Assembly: GCF_000143415.4 (NCBI RefSeq) | Contig: NW_003314387.1 | Span: forward strand, 389,888 to 414,594 | Reading direction: 5' to 3' | Source: Selaginella moellendorffii | Taxonomy: Eukaryota; Plantae; Lycopodiophyta | DNA: 24,707 nucleotides | Shown: in pieces, positions 20,875 to 24,707 of the stretch | How the letters are laid out: the number at the start of each line of letters is the position of its first letter | Position numbering within the stretch: position 1 is the stretch's first letter | Notes under the pieces: model-generated | What the model saw: the letters and a program-made list of their open reading frames with translations, nothing else | Told to the model about the DNA's origin: nothing | Database searches by the model: none | Made by a program: the position numbers and the translations under genes

Positions 20875-23800
20875 TCAGTTTGGGTCGGAAATTTGCTGAG
20901 GTGCTGATGCTGAATATGTCGACGTGATATGGTCGAAGCTTGTTGAGGTTGACGATCTCAATGAAGTCTCCAGCGAGTGTGCTGACTTTGGCGGTGCCAT
21001 TGGGGTATAGTTCAATGATTTTGAAAGGTCCTTGCCATTTGGTGTGGAGTTTTCGGCCAAGTTTGCCGATGGGTCCTCGGTATCAGAGAACATGATCGTC
21101 GACGTTGTATTTGGGAATGTTATACTGGGATCCTTGTTGGTTGTGCCGAGCTTTTCTCTGTTTTTGGATGGCGTGAAGTGTCCAGAGGGCGTTGAGTCGG
21201 AGTTCGTCGAGATGTTCGAGTTGCTGAAGCCTTTCTCGAACTGCATGTTGCTGTTGCTTTTGCTGTGGCATGTCGGAGAGGTATTTCTTTGGCCCACTTG
21301 GTAGTGTAATCGGTGGTGATGATGATGTACTGATTTCGTTGACGGGTGCTGACTTGGGGTCCGACGAAGTCAAGTCCCCATTTCTGAAATGGTGCCATTG
21401 GGAATGTTGGGTTGAGTTGTTGAGTCTGAGTTTTTTGGCAGTGATCGGTGTCAATGACGTGTGTCACAGAATTTGCAGAATTCTTCAGTGTCATACCAGA
21501 GTGTCGGCCACCAGAGGCCGGCTTGAAGAATCTTCCGAGTTGTGGTGTCAGCGGTGAAGTGTCCGCCGGAAGGTCCATTGTGAGCTTCCTTGATGATTTG
21601 AGTTGTGCTTGGCGGCTTGATGCATCGGTGAAGAATGTTGTCAATTCCTAGTTTGTAGAGCGTGCCTCCGATGACTGAGTATCGTCGGGTTTTAGCAACA
21701 AAAGTCTTCTTTTGGTCGGATGTAGTGTACTGATCTGGAACTTTTGCTGAGTTCAGGTAACTGAAGACGTCGTCAAGCCAGGTTGCTGGTATTGAAACTC
21801 GGAATAGGTTTGAGTCAGGTAAGTCATCAGTAAGTCTTTCAGGTTTGTCGCCGGTGGTGATCCAGCTGAGATAATCTGCTTGCTTGTGATTTTTGTTGGG
21901 TTTGTGGACGATCTCGAAGTTGTATTCTTGTAGTAAAAGGAACCATCTTGATATTCGACCAAATAGTATCAGCTTGTTGATGAGGTAAAGGAGTGCCTTG
22001 TGGTTGACGAAAATTACAACTTTGGTTGACAGTATATAGTGTCGGAACTTCTGAAGTGAGTAGATCATGCCGAGAGCTTCTTTCTCAATGGTGGTGTGAT
22101 TTCGTTCAGCTGGGTTGAGTAGTCGGCTGGCATAGTAGATCGGTTGATCTTGGTTGTCGTGTTGAGTTTGGCTCAGAATTGCACCAGTGGCGACATCGGA
22201 AGTGTCGACATGAATGTGGAACTCTTGTGTCCAGTCGGGCTTGGCAGGGATCGGTGCTGTTGTTAGTTTGAGTTGGAGATTGTCAAATGCTTGTTGCTGT
22301 TCGGACGTCCATGTCCATTTGGCATCTTGTTTCAGTCCATCGGTGAGTGGTTTGGTGATGTGAGCGTACTTGTGGATGAATTGTTGGTGATATCCAACTT
22401 TGCCCAGGAAGCGCCGAAGTTCTTTCTGATTCTTCGGCGGTTCAAGTTTGGAGATGACGTCAACTTTGTCCTTGTCAATGAGAATGCTGTCTTTGCAGAC
22501 AACGTGGCCGAGAAGTACTCCAGATTTGACAAAGAAAGTGCATTTGTCGGGGTTGAGTGCTATGTTGTTTTCCTTGCACTTGTTGAAGCATTTCTCTAGG
22601 CATTCAAGATGTCGATCTTCCGAGCTGAAAATGCTGAAGTCGTCCATGAAGACTCTCATGAAGTCAATGAGGTAGTCTCGGAAAGTGTTGGTGACAAGCC
22701 TTTGGAAGGTGAATGGGGCATTCCAGAGTCCAAAAGGCATTCATCGATAAGCATAGGCTCCCCATGGACTGATGAATGCTGTCTTGTGCTGATCTTCTTT
22801 GGCGATGTGAATTTGGTTATAGCCGGAGAAACCATCGAGGAAGGAGTACATCTCGTGTCTGGCAACTGCATCAAGAACTTCGTTGGTAAATGGTATCAGG
22901 AAGACATCTTTTTCAGTGGCGTCATTGAGCTGTTTATAGTTGATGCAGATTCGAAGTTTGCCGTTTTNNNNNNNNNNNNNNNNNNNNNNNNNNNNNNNNN
23001 NNNNNNNNNNNNNNNNNNNNNNNNNNNNNNNNNNNNNNNNNNNNNNNNNNNNNNNNNNNNNNNNNNNNNNNNNNNNNNNNNNNNNNNNNNNNNNNNNNNN
23101 NNNNNNNNNNNNNNNNNNNNNNNNNNNNNNNNNNNNNNNNNNNNNNNNNNNNNNNNNNNNNNNNNNNNNNNNNNNNNNNNNNNNNNNNNNNNNNNNNNNN
23201 NNNNNNNNNNNNNNNNNNNNNNNNNNNNNNNNNNNNNNNNNNNNNNNNNNNNNNNNNNNNNNNNNNNNNNNNNNNNNNNNNNNNNNNNNNNNNNNNNNNN
23301 NNNNNNNNNNNNNNNNNNNNNNNNNNNNNNNNNNNNNNNNNNNNNNNNNNNNNNNNNNNNNNNNNNNNNNNNNNNNNNNNNNNNNNNNNNNNNNNNNNNN
23401 NNNNNNNNNNNNNNNNNNNNNNNNNNNNNNNNNNNNNNNNNNNNNNNNNNNNNNNNNNNNNNNNNNNNNNNNNNNNNNNNNNNNNNNNNNNNNNNNNNNN
23501 NNNNNNNNNNNNNNNNNNNNNNNNNNNNNNNNNNNNNNNNNNNNNNNNNNNNNNNNNNNNNNNNNNNNNNNNNNNNNNNNNNNNNNNNNNNNNNNNNNNN
23601 NNNNNNNNNNNNNNNNNNNNNNNNNNNNNNNNNNNNNNNNNNNNNNNNNNNNNNNNNNNNNNNNNNNNNNNNNNNNNNNNNNNNNNNNNNNNNNNNNNNN
23701 NNNNNNNNNNNNNNNNNNNNNNNNNNNNNNNNNNNNNNNNNNNNNNNNNNNNNNNNNNNNNNNNNNNNNNNNNNNNNNNNNNNNNNNNNNNNNNNNNNNN

Positions 23801-24330
23801 NNNNNNNNNNNNNNNNNNNNNNNNNNNNNNNNNNNNNNNNNNNNNNNNNNNNNNNNNNNNNNNNNNNNNNNNNNNNNNNNNNNNNNNNNNNNNNNNTCTT
23901 CAATAATATTAACGCTAGAGCCGCTGTCAATTATGGCTCCTCGAACAAGGTGTTTGTCGAGTCGTAGGTCAATTGTCGGAACATCATTGTTACAATCGCT
24001 TGGTTGAATCTCGGTTCGAAATGTGTCAACAGCTGTCTGTGTCGAGTTGAGTGTGGGCGAGTCTGTCAAAGTGTTGGTCTGTGCAGATGTTAGATCGGTG
24101 AGCTGTTTGGTGAGATAGGGTGCAATCTTCAGCAGTTGGCCAATGGTGATCTGAATATTTTGGTTGAGGATAGTCTCTGCTACTTCTTGGATTTTGTCGA
24201 AGTTTGCCGAATTGTGTTCTGGTGTCAATGTCGATGTTGGACGATTTGTCTGTTGGTTTTCTGGTACTGAGTCTTGGCATTGTTGTCGAGCTGGTGATGG
24301 TTGAGCTTCATTGTCAGAGTCTAAAATCAC
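20875..24330 (-). pseudogene. pol: pol: protease, RT, RNase H and partial integrase
   Basis: IIDSGSSVNII; YSFLDGFSGYNQI; MPFGLWNAPFTFQR; FMDDF; HVDTSDVATGAILSQ...YYASR...EKEAL; EAHNGPSGGHF...CKFCDT; KWGLDFVGP; KWQGPFKI. Premature stop at 22741-22743 and frameshifts in the integrase. Confidence 0.95.
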
Positions 24331-24707
24331 TAATTCAGGTGGTTGTAGAGTGAGTTGCCGTTGTATCTTGGCAGCTAACTTCTGCTTCTTTTCCCATTCC
24401 CGGAGTTTTGTTGGGCTCTCAAGGCCTTTCTCTTTACTATCTTCGGAATCTCTGTCTGGTTGTTGTTGTTTTTCTGCTCAAATTTGTGCTCGGGTTTGTA
24501 CTGCCATGACTTGAGGATCTGAGTCATCATTGTCGGCATAAGGTAGTTCGTCGGTCTCGACCATCCTTGTTGTTGGTGGTTGCTATTGTTTTTGATCTTG
24601 TTGTCGAGGAGGCGGTGGACCAAGTCTCGGCGGACCGCCTTGGTTTTGAAGTCGAGGTTGCCATGCTCGGTTGTTACAGTTGCCTTGGTAGCCATGGTCT
24701 TGATAAC

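Larger units (their letters stand above)
18267..24707 (-). mobile_element. Ty3/Gypsy LTR retrotransposon copy 2; continues beyond the window
   Basis: PR-RT-RH-INT domain order, PPT and 3' LTR. No chromodomain or second (archaeal-type) RNase H is visible. Confidence 0.95.

Noticed and set aside
22609-24007. Long ORFs 22609..23967, 22896..23930, 22940..24007 (and 3655..4032, 3668..4303)
   Set aside because: Their length is an artefact of N runs; they are antisense or off-frame to gag-pol.

Overview
Eukaryotic, repeat-rich plant DNA. Very short introns (52-65 bp) and the style of the PLS-PPR fragments suggest a compact early-diverging land-plant genome such as Selaginella; this is inference, not a search result. 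I see no clearly intact host gene. Left (1-~2085): the 3' part of a degenerate Sola-like DDD/E DNA transposon. It abuts a minus-strand Ty3/Gypsy element (~2088-7460) that keeps its 5' LTR, PBS, an extra 5' ORF, gag and protease, and is cut at the start of RT. Right (18267-end): a second copy of the same Gypsy family with a 272-bp 3' LTR, PPT, a ~640-codon extra 3' ORF, an integrase lacking most of its core, RNase H, RT and protease. Middle (~7460-18266): a mosaic of decayed F-box/LRR paralogues, PPR fragments, four exons of a START-like gene, a Crinkler/RHS-type NTPase relic and two kinds of tRNA-like small elements. The most unusual signals are (i) a tRNA-like/B-box element nearly invariant in four copies of an otherwise decayed F-box -> element -> PPR cassette, (ii) a candidate short SINE, and (iii) a Gypsy family with extra ORFs at both ends. 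N gaps: 3693-3882 and 22968-23896.
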